From Rickettsiales bacterium (GTDB lineage Bacteria > Pseudomonadota > Alphaproteobacteria > Rickettsiales > JABIRX01), in assembly GCA_018659605.1 (NCBI GenBank), contig JABJMA010000069.1:1-52802 (forward strand): 52,802 bases of DNA, read 5' to 3'. Below are positions 18,143-26,652 of this stretch, piece after piece (position 1 is the stretch's first letter; every line of letters begins with the position of its first letter). A model generated the notes under the pieces. It worked only from the letters and a program-made list of their open reading frames with translations. It was not told the origin of the DNA and searched no databases. Made by a program: the position numbers and the translations under genes.

Positions 18143-20422
18143 ATGTCACGATCACGATCATATTCTTTCAATTCACAATATACAGATCCTTCTGGTATAA
18201 AGCGCCTAAGTTCTTCAGATGATGGTCATTCTGATGAAGAGAGCCTAAGTTCTTCAGGATCATCATCCTCACAATCTATAACTAACATATCTGATTCTGA
18301 AAGCGAAGACTCTTATTTTGATGAGGAATCATTAGCTGGTATTGCAATGTATATCGAAAAATTAGCACAAGAAACTATAGATCAACAAGATTGCGCCAGA
18401 TTGCTTGAATTAATTATATATGTAGAATCATTTACTATGGAAGAATCATGGCATGATTTCTGGGGTAATATTTATTATGAAGATGGAGAGAAGAAATTAG
18501 ATGGGTTAACACCTATTAGTTTTTTGCTCCTCAGAGTAAATCCAAGTTTTTTTAATTTTTGTAAACAAAAGTGGCATAGCTATCTAGAGGACAATGCTGT
18601 TGATACATTACAAGCAATATTTTTTGCGCTCACTAAAGATGAAGAAGTATATAATAAAGCGTTTGAAAAAGTTATTAGTGATTCAGATAAAAAAGTTGAT
18701 GTTATAAACTTTCTTGCTCAATCTTGTGATTTTATAGGTCTTACACATAAATTCGGTGAGGATTCTTTACCTTTTGGACAAAGTGAAGATATTAATATTG
18801 CTAATTATAATCTTTCTTCAATAGCTTCTATTAATGTCTTGGCGGGTAATAGAGGATTTATCAAAAGAATATATTTAGAAAGCCCAGATATTTTTCTTTA
18901 TTTTCCTGAAGGCTTTGATGCAAGATATGACGAAATTCTTAAACCATTTCGTCAACTGGAGCAACAATTCTTAGTTTCTATCTCAAATGGTGATGTAGAA
19001 TCAGTGAAGAATGCAATATTAGCCGGTGTTAATGTATCATGTACAAGAAATCTATCAGAACTAAGGACGTTAATAAATATTAATTACGCTTCATTAAATA
19101 AGATTAAACAGGCCGGAATTTCTGATATTAATGGTTTAACATTAGCTGCATCTTTAACTGATGAAGCTAACTGCGTTAAGGTTTGGGCGATATTACTTTC
19201 AAATGGAATCGATGCATATATCACAAATCATGATAAAGAATATGAGCTATTTCAATATATTCATCCTAATTGTGATCTTCAGCTCTTTTCAAGACGAATT
19301 AATCAAGTAATGAATGTTTTAAATATGGAGACAATGGACTGGGTTAGAAATAAAATAATATCTAAAACTGGTCTTTACCCTCTTTATAATAAACCAATCC
19401 AGATTGATATAAATTATTTTTATGGTTATCTCTTTCATAGTCAATATCCGAACTCTTTTTTTGAGATTGAACAATCTGAAGAAAAAAATGCCTTCACTCC
19501 AGTTGATAGCATGGCTTTTAAATTGATTCAGCCCTTATTACAGGTTTTTGCTATTGATAATGAAACTGAAATAAAGTTTGATTTAAAAAATTCGGATTGC
19601 ACTAAGCTATATCATGTAAAACCTTCAAGAGCAAACCTACCCAGAGGTGTAACCATACAAGGTAAACAGATAATTGTTGGAGCACGAGATTATAATCAAA
19701 CTGTTCTTGCAATATTTATGCATGAGATATGCCATGCTGCATGTGATATTGTCTTTACTAACAATTCTTTACCATATGGTGCAGATGATTATGCATCAAA
19801 AAAGATATTTCATGATATTTTTGTTTATTTCCAAAAAAATTATAATAATAAAGATATTCCGGATGTAATTAAAGATGTCTTTGAAGCATATAAAGGAGAA
19901 GAAATACAGAAGGCTGAGCTCATTGTACGAATACCACAATTATTTACCAGCCATGGTTATGATGAAGCAATCTCAAAATTAGAGTTTATAGCTGATGGAA
20001 TGGGGCTTGAGCTTTTGGAATTCTACCAAAAAGATAAATTTCATAAGATTTTTGATTATTTCCAAAAAAATTATAATAATAAAGATATTCCGGATGTAAT
20101 TAAAAATGTCTTTGAAGCATATAAAGGAGAAGAAATACAGAAGGCTGAGCTCATTGTACGAATACCACAATTATTTACCAGGCATGGTTATGATGAAGCA
20201 ATGTCCAAATTAGAACTTATACCTGATGGAATGGGGCTTGAGCTTTTGAAATTCTATGAAGAATATTTTCTAAAGAAAGTTACTGATAAATTTGAGTTGA
20301 TGAAAAAAGAAGAACTTAAAAAGTATTTACCTCAAAATGTTAATGCTCAAGAAATGTATTATGCAGATAGCATTATAGCAGAAAGATCAACAAATGTAGA
20401 TACTTGTTGTACTATTTCCTAA
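18143..20422 (+). CDS. Effector-like hypothetical protein with acidic Ser-rich N-terminus, ankyrin-like repeats, HExxH motif, 77-aa tandem duplication and C-terminal CaaX-like box
   Basis: N-terminus SSSDDGHSDEESLSSSGSSSSQ...SDSESEDSYFDEESL. ANK-like segments NGDVESVKNAILAGVNVS and INGLTLAASLTDEANCVKVWAILLSNGIDAYITN. Zinc-protease-like motif MHEICHAACD. Two 77-aa near-identical units. The C-terminus reads ...DTCCTIS followed by the stop. Confidence 0.75.
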   Translation: MSRSRSYSFNSQYTDPSGIKRLSSSDDGHSDEESLSSSGSSSSQSITNISDSESEDSYFDEESLAGIAMYIEKLAQETIDQQDCARLLELIIYVESFTMEESWHDFWGNIYYEDGEKKLDGLTPISFLLLRVNPSFFNFCKQKWHSYLEDNAVDTLQAIFFALTKDEEVYNKAFEKVISDSDKKVDVINFLAQSCDFIGLTHKFGEDSLPFGQSEDINIANYNLSSIASINVLAGNRGFIKRIYLESPDIFLYFPEGFDARYDEILKPFRQLEQQFLVSISNGDVESVKNAILAGVNVSCTRNLSELRTLININYASLNKIKQAGISDINGLTLAASLTDEANCVKVWAILLSNGIDAYITNHDKEYELFQYIHPNCDLQLFSRRINQVMNVLNMETMDWVRNKIISKTGLYPLYNKPIQIDINYFYGYLFHSQYPNSFFEIEQSEEKNAFTPVDSMAFKLIQPLLQVFAIDNETEIKFDLKNSDCTKLYHVKPSRANLPRGVTIQGKQIIVGARDYNQTVLAIFMHEICHAACDIVFTNNSLPYGADDYASKKIFHDIFVYFQKNYNNKDIPDVIKDVFEAYKGEEIQKAELIVRIPQLFTSHGYDEAISKLEFIADGMGLELLEFYQKDKFHKIFDYFQKNYNNKDIPDVIKNVFEAYKGEEIQKAELIVRIPQLFTRHGYDEAMSKLELIPDGMGLELLKFYEEYFLKKVTDKFELMKKEELKKYLPQNVNAQEMYYADSIIAERSTNVDTCCTIS
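19800..20262 (+). repeat. Two-unit in-frame tandem duplication, period 231 bp, inside the effector-like CDS
   Basis: ATTTCCAAAAAAATTATAATAATAAAGATATTCCGGATGTAATTAAA... begins at 19827 and again at 20058. The units are near-identical over about 200 bp, with scattered substitutions. Confidence 0.9.
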
Positions 20423-20540
20423 TTTTATATTTCGATCTTTAAAATAATCAAGCTGGAGGGTTTGTTTAATTATACGTTGATGTGTGGTTTTTACCACCCG
20501 GAACAAATAGAGATTTGTAAGATTTGTATTTGTTGAAAAA

Positions 20541-20696
20541 CGGGCGGGAGGACCCCGCCCCTACAAGTTTCGATATCCAATATGAAATACGAATTATGCA
20601 ATTGGGTAATATGTGAATCCCTGCCCGTAACGTACGGAAATGTTAATTTGTTGGTATGAGAAGATCACCCCGTAGAGGCGGGGTCATCCCGCTCGG
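20541..20696 (+). repeat. Full copy of the MITE-like element (archetype)
   Basis: Left arm GGGCGGG-AGGAC-CCCGCCC at 20542-20560, then the conserved core. The right arm is GTAGAGGCGGGGTCATCCCGCTC at 20672-20694. Confidence 0.85.
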
Positions 20697-20738
20697 AAGC
20701 ATCGAGTAGTAATTTAATGATGAAGTTTATGAATTTGT

Positions 20739-21626
20739 TTAATTCTTCCGATCTTTAATATAATCAAGCATTGCAATTAAAGGCTCGGCCTGTTCTTCAA
20801 AGACACTTATATTTACTTTAGCATTATGAATTAATTGCTCAGCTAAGACTTTAGCCTGATTAAATGGCATTACAGCTAGGATATTTGGTTTGCCCATGGC
20901 TTTATCTTTACCCGTTGCTTTACCTAATTCTGCGATATTGCCTTCAATATCTAATAGATCATCTATTATTTGATATGCCATACCTAAATTAGTACCAAAT
21001 TCATCCATATTATCGATAAGATCATTATGAGAGGATGATAGATATATTGGTAGTGTTGTAGATAGCCTAAGAAGGCTAGCAGTTTTCTTTAAAATGATTT
21101 GGTTAACAATTTCTAAGGTGATATCTTTATTATTCTCATTTGCTAAATCAAGATATTGGCCACCAACTAAGCCTACAGACCCTATCTCTTTCGCAAATAT
21201 ATTAATTACTTTGGCAATAGCCGGATGTTCAATATCGGATAATATTTCAAATGCTAAAGCTTGAATTGCATCTCCAGCTAAGATTGCCTTTGCTTCACCA
21301 AATTGCTTGTGAGTAGATAACTTACCACGTCGGTAATCATCATTATCCATAGCTGGCAGGTCATCATGAATTAAGGAGTAGCAATGAATTAATTCAATTG
21401 CGGAGGCAAGCTTTATTAAATCAGAATTATTTACCCGAGCAATCTCACCAATCACACAGGTAAAAAATGGTCTAAGCATTTTTCCTGAACCAATTGTGGA
21501 ATATTCTAGTATTTCAATAAAATGATCTAAACCATCAATTTTTTTCTCATTAAGCTTCTTGCTTAAATAATCGGTAACAGAGCACGAAACCTTATCAATA
21601 ATAGCTTGGCATTGATCAAATGACAT
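20739..21626 (-). CDS. ispA: Farnesyl/geranyl diphosphate synthase (polyprenyl synthetase)
   Basis: First Asp-rich motif LIHDDLPAMDNDDYRRG and second motif IIDDLLD. 295 aa. Confidence 0.9.
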   Translation of the reverse strand: MSFDQCQAIIDKVSCSVTDYLSKKLNEKKIDGLDHFIEILEYSTIGSGKMLRPFFTCVIGEIARVNNSDLIKLASAIELIHCYSLIHDDLPAMDNDDYRRGKLSTHKQFGEAKAILAGDAIQALAFEILSDIEHPAIAKVINIFAKEIGSVGLVGGQYLDLANENNKDITLEIVNQIILKKTASLLRLSTTLPIYLSSSHNDLIDNMDEFGTNLGMAYQIIDDLLDIEGNIAELGKATGKDKAMGKPNILAVMPFNQAKVLAEQLIHNAKVNISVFEEQAEPLIAMLDYIKDRKN

Positions 21627-21640
21627 TGTTCTTCAAGTAA

Positions 21641-22078
21641 TTAGTAACGCATTACTAAAACTGAGATTTTCGAATGACGCACAACTTTGGCTGAATTCGG
21701 TCCTAATAAATAATCTTTTAAATCAGGTCTATGAGCCGAAATCATGATAAGATCGGCTTCAATTTTTTCGGCAGAATCAATAATAGACTGATACACAGCG
21801 CCACCCTTACTGATAATAACATTACCAATCTCGATATTTTTATTTTGAATTTCTTTTTCAACAAACGCATGAAGCGCTTGTTTCGTTTTTTCAACTAATG
21901 TATCAATCGAGCCTTTTGGGAAATATTGAGAAACAATAGCCATACCATAATCTGGAATTGCTGTCATAACATGGAGTTTGGCATTAAATGTTGAGCAATA
22001 TTCTTTTACTATTGGTAATGAGTTCTCCCATGAAGACTCATCAAATATATCAACTGGATATAAAATATTCTTATACAT
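21641..22078 (-). CDS. Universal stress protein family (UspA)
   Basis: 145 aa with the typical USP layout (ILYPVD...; DLIMISAHRP...LLGPNSAKVVRHSKISVLVMR). Overlaps the upstream TRAP permease by 8 nt. Confidence 0.8.
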   Translation of the reverse strand: MYKNILYPVDIFDESSWENSLPIVKEYCSTFNAKLHVMTAIPDYGMAIVSQYFPKGSIDTLVEKTKQALHAFVEKEIQNKNIEIGNVIISKGGAVYQSIIDSAEKIEADLIMISAHRPDLKDYLLGPNSAKVVRHSKISVLVMRY

Positions 22079-24656
22079 ATGTTTCCTCCTTACGTCTTGA
22101 ATATTGAAAAGATGCTATAAAAGCAAAAATTAGTAGAGCTGGTATATATACTACCAATTTACCTGGCTGCTCTTGAGCAAGAAATAAGTGTGTAATTTCA
22201 AAATCAAAAGTAAGGCCGTCCTTCTCAGCTTGACTCGCAAACCCTACAGAGTCAACATAATATCCATTATCATTTTCATAAAGGCTTATTCCATAATCAC
22301 GTAATTTTTCTTTTGCTGTTAAATTATCAGCAAAATTTACATCTACGACAAATCTTGTTTTATCACCGATAAAATCTTCACCTTCAACTTTAAGCCTTAC
22401 TTTAGTATGATTATCATCCAATAATTGCTCAATCTCACTCACAGGATATTCTTTATATGGAGGTTTAATTTTATCTATCCAGAAGGAAGGCACAAAAAGT
22501 GTTAATGCCACTAATATAAGAACAAATGATTCAGATAATTTGCTTCTTACAATGAAATATCCTTGAGTACCAGCAGAGAATATTAAAATTGCTACAGATG
22601 CGATAATGAATATAAGAAAGCTATTCCAAAATCCTTCTACTCCTATCAATAAAAGCTCATTATTATAAATAAATACAAAAGGCAAAATCATAGTTCTTGT
22701 ACTATAGAGAAATGCTTGGAAACTTGTTTTTATTGGATCTCCACCAGATACAGCAGCAGCTGCAAAGGAGGCAAGGCCTACAGGTGGCGTCACATCCGCC
22801 ATAATGCCAAAGTAAAAGACAAAGAAATGTACAGCAACAAGTGGTACAATTAAGCCGTTTTTCTTGCCTAATTCTACAATCACAGTAGCCATTAAGCTAG
22901 ACACAACGATATAATTAGCTGTGGTTGGTAATCCCATACCAAGAATGATACAAATAATAGCTGTTAGCACCAGCATAATCATGATTGAGTCACCAGCAAC
23001 TATTCCAACTATTTCAGTCATCTTAGCACCAATACCAGTTTGCGTCACGCAACCAACAATAATACCAGCGGCAGCAGTAGCTATACCAATAGCTGCCATA
23101 TTCTTGGCTCCAGTTATCATGCCATCCATGAAACCAGCAAATGCTTTTCTTGCATCTTTTTTGAGGTCTAGTTGATGCTTGAAAAAATTTATTACTATAT
23201 CTTGAGTAAGAGATATGAAAATCATAAATATAGTTGCCCAAAAGGCGGAAAGTCCTGGTGATAATCGCTCCACCATTAGGCACCATATTAGGACCACGAT
23301 TGGTAATAGATAATGCAGTCCAGATTTAACGGTAGGTGCAAGCTCTGGTAATTCGTCGATTTCTTGTTCTGTGGCTAGAGGAGCATAATTGGATGCAGTT
23401 TTTAATAAGCTAATATAAACTAAAGTCACAATTGAGCAGCTTGCCAGTAAAGTGTGCTCAGGGATGACATTTTTGATAAAGCTAAATAGATAAAATACGA
23501 TACCTGATAAAATAATTACCGAAGAAAGAATTATCGCTATGCGGAGTAGTCTAAGAACAGCAGGACGTTCTATAACATTTCTCCTAGCTATAACTTTCAT
23601 ATTACTTTTAACAGCTTCTAGATGAACTATATATAAAAGAGCTATATAAGAAATTACAGCTGGAATAAAAGCATGTTTAATGACCTCTGTGTAAGGTATA
23701 CCAATATATTCAACCATTAAAAATGCGGCTGCACCCATAACAGGAGGCATTATTTGACCATTAACAGATGAGGCTACTTCTATAGAACCAGCTTTCTCAG
23801 CAGTGAAACCAACTTTCCGCATTAATGGTATGGTAAAAGTTCCTGTTGTTACAACATTAGCAATAGAAGATCCAGAGATCACACCAGTCATTGCAGAAGA
23901 TAATACAGCAGCTTTAGCTGGTCCTCCACGCATATGCCCTAGTAATGCAAATGCTACACGAATAAAATAATTACCGGCTCCAGCTTTATCAAGCATTGAG
24001 CCAAATAATACAAAAAGAAAAACAAAGCCAGATGATACTCCTAAGGCAATACCAAATACACCTTCAGTTGATAACCATTGATGTGAAGCAATTTTAGATA
24101 AATTATGTCCTTTATGCTGAATAACATCAGGGGCATATTGACCAAAATATGTATAAAATAAAAAGATACTGGCTATAATTAATAGAGGTAACCCAAGTGA
24201 TCTTCTCGTAGCTTCTAGCAGTAGCACAAGTCCTATCATTGAAATTACAATATCAGACTGTGTTGGTATACCGGCTCTTGATGAGAGGTCTGTGTAAAAA
24301 AATAATAAATATAACGTAGAAAAAGCAGCAATGGATGCAATAGCCCAATCTGTTATTGGAATATAAGTCTTTGGTGATCTTGAGGTTGCTGGATATGCTA
24401 AATACGCCACTAAAAAAGCAAATGTCAAATGTATATATCTTGACTTAGTGGCATCTAATACAAATAATTTAAAAAATGGAAAATGTTCTGCCAAAATGAA
24501 TGGTAGAGGTGATGCAATCCAAAGTTGAAATAGTGACCATGTAAATGCAATTGTTGAAATAACCGTTAAGGAAAATCCTTCTGGTCTTCTTGCACCGGTA
24601 TCATTATCTACTACTAAATCCTCTAATTGAGAATTTAGATTATTATCAGAGGACAT
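22071..24656 (-). CDS. TAXI-type TRAP transporter fused permease
   Basis: 861-aa polytopic protein with a fused DctQ/DctM-like arrangement adjacent to a TAXI binding protein. It has a C-terminal soluble domain plus a final TM helix, as in DUF3394-containing TRAP permeases. Confidence 0.85.
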   Translation of the reverse strand: MSSDNNLNSQLEDLVVDNDTGARRPEGFSLTVISTIAFTWSLFQLWIASPLPFILAEHFPFFKLFVLDATKSRYIHLTFAFLVAYLAYPATSRSPKTYIPITDWAIASIAAFSTLYLLFFYTDLSSRAGIPTQSDIVISMIGLVLLLEATRRSLGLPLLIIASIFLFYTYFGQYAPDVIQHKGHNLSKIASHQWLSTEGVFGIALGVSSGFVFLFVLFGSMLDKAGAGNYFIRVAFALLGHMRGGPAKAAVLSSAMTGVISGSSIANVVTTGTFTIPLMRKVGFTAEKAGSIEVASSVNGQIMPPVMGAAAFLMVEYIGIPYTEVIKHAFIPAVISYIALLYIVHLEAVKSNMKVIARRNVIERPAVLRLLRIAIILSSVIILSGIVFYLFSFIKNVIPEHTLLASCSIVTLVYISLLKTASNYAPLATEQEIDELPELAPTVKSGLHYLLPIVVLIWCLMVERLSPGLSAFWATIFMIFISLTQDIVINFFKHQLDLKKDARKAFAGFMDGMITGAKNMAAIGIATAAAGIIVGCVTQTGIGAKMTEIVGIVAGDSIMIMLVLTAIICIILGMGLPTTANYIVVSSLMATVIVELGKKNGLIVPLVAVHFFVFYFGIMADVTPPVGLASFAAAAVSGGDPIKTSFQAFLYSTRTMILPFVFIYNNELLLIGVEGFWNSFLIFIIASVAILIFSAGTQGYFIVRSKLSESFVLILVALTLFVPSFWIDKIKPPYKEYPVSEIEQLLDDNHTKVRLKVEGEDFIGDKTRFVVDVNFADNLTAKEKLRDYGISLYENDNGYYVDSVGFASQAEKDGLTFDFEITHLFLAQEQPGKLVVYIPALLIFAFIASFQYSRRKEETYV

Positions 24657-24674
24657 AAACTATATTAAAGAAAA

Positions 24675-25670
24675 TTACTTAGATTTTTTTTCAGATGGTA
24701 TTAATCCACTCTCTCTAAAATATCTCTTTGCACCAGCATGAAGTGGTGCAGTATTTCCGTTATATATTAAATCCTCTTTACTTAATGTTTGAAACACTGG
24801 GTGAAGATTTTTGAAACTGTCAAAATTATCAAAAACTGCTTTTACTATTTGGTATGTAACTTCATCGCTTACTTCAGTAGTGGTAAGGAATGTAGCCTTT
24901 ACACCAAAAGAACTTACATCATTTTCGTTGCCTACATACATTCCGCCCGGAATTACTGCATAAGCGTAATAACTATGATTATTAACAATTTGATCAATCT
25001 CTGGCCCGGTAACATCAACTAGGACTGTGTCACATGAGGTGGTTACTTCTTGTATTGCACCATTAGGGTGACCAGATGCAAATATCATGGCATCGATTTT
25101 ATTATCACAAACTGCTTGGGCTTGTTCAGATGCTTTTAATTCTGATGCAAGTTTAAATGTGTTCTTATCCCAACCTTTTGCTTTCATGATTACTTCCATG
25201 GTAGCTCTTTGGCCAGAGCCTGGATTACCAATATTTACTCTTTTATTAACAAGGTCATCTAGCTTTGTTATGCCAGAATCAGCTCTTGCAGCAATTGTGA
25301 ATACCTCTGTGTGTAAAGAGAATAAGCTTCTAAGATTTTTTCTCGGCAGGTCATTTGCAAAGTGACCGGTACCATAATATGCTTGATATTGTAAGTCAGA
25401 CTGTACAACACCGGCATCTAAATTGTCGTTTTCTAATGCATTTAGGTTAAATATTGACCCTGCTGTTGATTCAACAGAGCAACGAATACCATGATTCTTT
25501 CTATTTCGATTAACTAAGCGGCATATAGCCCCACCAGCTGGATAATAAACTCCGGTAACTCCACCAGTTCCAATAGAGATAAACTCATCAGCTGATACAA
25601 AGCTACTATTGCAGATTAAAAGGGATGATATTAAAATGATTTTTATATATGATTTCAGATTTTGAAACAT
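24675..25670 (-). CDS. TAXI family TRAP transporter solute-binding protein
   Basis: TAXI hallmarks (ISIGTGGVTGVYYPAGGAICR, NIGNPGSGQRAT). The start is placed at the ATG at 25670, giving the signal peptide MFQNLKSYIKIILISSLLICNSSFVSA. The ORF track extends to 25814, and an ATG at 25736 is also possible. Confidence 0.8.
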   Translation of the reverse strand: MFQNLKSYIKIILISSLLICNSSFVSADEFISIGTGGVTGVYYPAGGAICRLVNRNRKNHGIRCSVESTAGSIFNLNALENDNLDAGVVQSDLQYQAYYGTGHFANDLPRKNLRSLFSLHTEVFTIAARADSGITKLDDLVNKRVNIGNPGSGQRATMEVIMKAKGWDKNTFKLASELKASEQAQAVCDNKIDAMIFASGHPNGAIQEVTTSCDTVLVDVTGPEIDQIVNNHSYYAYAVIPGGMYVGNENDVSSFGVKATFLTTTEVSDEVTYQIVKAVFDNFDSFKNLHPVFQTLSKEDLIYNGNTAPLHAGAKRYFRESGLIPSEKKSK

Positions 25671-25854
25671 GCTTCTATTCGAATTTGTTGGAGTAATTCT
25701 GTCATTATATTGATATACTTCAAGTTTTTTTTTCATAATGCTGTTTAGTTTTTGGTTGTAGATCATATGAAATACTACTACCAGATTAGTCTTAAAGGGG
25801 CTATATAAAATCAAAAATATTGTTTAATTAATCACAAGAACTTGTAAATATTAT

Positions 25855-26511
25855 CTAATACGAGCCAATATATAGGCTGTTTAAATCCTTTTCATTTCTT
25901 TCAATTATAATTAAATCATCTTTTTTGTACAAACTATTTGAGGCATCTTTACCATTATTTATGCCCTCAATATAAAGATTCACTTCATTTGCTAAAAACT
26001 CTGGTTTAATGACTCCAAATACTAGGCTCTTATCTGTGGAAAATCTCTTAAAACAAAAAAAGTTATTTTTTGTAATTACCTTATAATTATCAATAACCTC
26101 ATTATAATTTAAGACGATAAGGTCATTGGTAGTATTTTTAATATTATTAACAATACTAGTAATATCGGGATGAAAGTTTTTTGGAATTGGGCTCGGGAAA
26201 TATGCTAGCAATTCTGCGCTTTTACATTGTTTTGACAGATGGATTTTAAAAGGCTTCTCTGAATATAGAGAGTAAGATATAATGCCTCGCCATAAATACT
26301 GAATTAAATGAGGATCAATATTCGGGTTCTGTTTTTGTAATAGCTGGATCATGCTTTTCTCACGTTGGGGCATGATGAAACTGTTCTTTAAAGAATCAGA
26401 TTTAAGGTCAGAAACATTATTTACAACCTTTTGTCTCTTTGATAAGAGCTCCATTATCTGGTTATCAATATTGTTTATTTCTTTTCTGTATTCTTGCAAT
26501 TCATGATTCAT
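25855..26511 (-). CDS. Chorismate mutase (AroQ-type) domain protein with an uncharacterised ~130-aa C-terminal region
   Basis: The N-terminal ~85 aa (LQEYRKEINNIDNQIMELLSKRQKVVNNVSDLK...MPQREKSMIQLL) fits the AroQ helical pattern. I do not recognise the remainder. Confidence 0.5.
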   Translation of the reverse strand: MNHELQEYRKEINNIDNQIMELLSKRQKVVNNVSDLKSDSLKNSFIMPQREKSMIQLLQKQNPNIDPHLIQYLWRGIISYSLYSEKPFKIHLSKQCKSAELLAYFPSPIPKNFHPDITSIVNNIKNTTNDLIVLNYNEVIDNYKVITKNNFFCFKRFSTDKSLVFGVIKPEFLANEVNLYIEGINNGKDASNSLYKKDDLIIIERNEKDLNSLYIGSY

Positions 26512-26652
26512 AGTTTTTGAAAATAATCATAGTTAATAAGCAAAATAAATTCATAATCCATTTCAGAGATTATTCTAGTGGATTTATGCGATATATCGTT
26601 TAGACCCTTATGATAAGTAGAGTCAATATTTAGTTATATAACGTAATTTGCA

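Noticed and set aside
22921-23286. Antisense or nested ORFs inside long genes: here 22921-23175(+) and 23023-23286(-) within the TRAP permease. The same applies to 247-441, 4735-4917, 6627-6818, 8674-8856, 9923-10216, 14044-14253, 14644-14913, 19674-19868, 19979-20170, 24789-25022, 25087-25365, 26853-27272, 27543-27981, 28120-28356, 29187-29423, 31198-31392, 33740-33946, 35439-35660, 38209-38536, 40042-40254, 40967-41437, 41516-41731, 43501-44079, 47264-47476 and 47723-48081
   Set aside because: All are fully embedded in strongly supported conserved CDSs, have low-complexity or odd composition, and have no recognisable motifs. They are treated as non-coding shadows.
25671-25814. 48-codon N-terminal extension of the TAXI binding protein, including an A9 tract after the ATG at 25736 that could be a slippage site
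   Set aside because: The signal peptide begins at the ATG at 25670. The extension has no recognisable function. Homopolymer A/T tracts of this length are common in this AT-rich sequence, so phase variation is not supported.
26512-26652. Looked for a SAM riboswitch (SAM-II/SAM-V are common upstream of alphaproteobacterial metX/metA) or a Met-rich leader upstream of metX
   Set aside because: I could not recognise the conserved pseudoknot elements by eye. Only a 10-bp palindrome CGATATATCG (~26589-26598) stands out. A covariance-model scan (Rfam RF00521/RF01826) would be needed, so no call is made.
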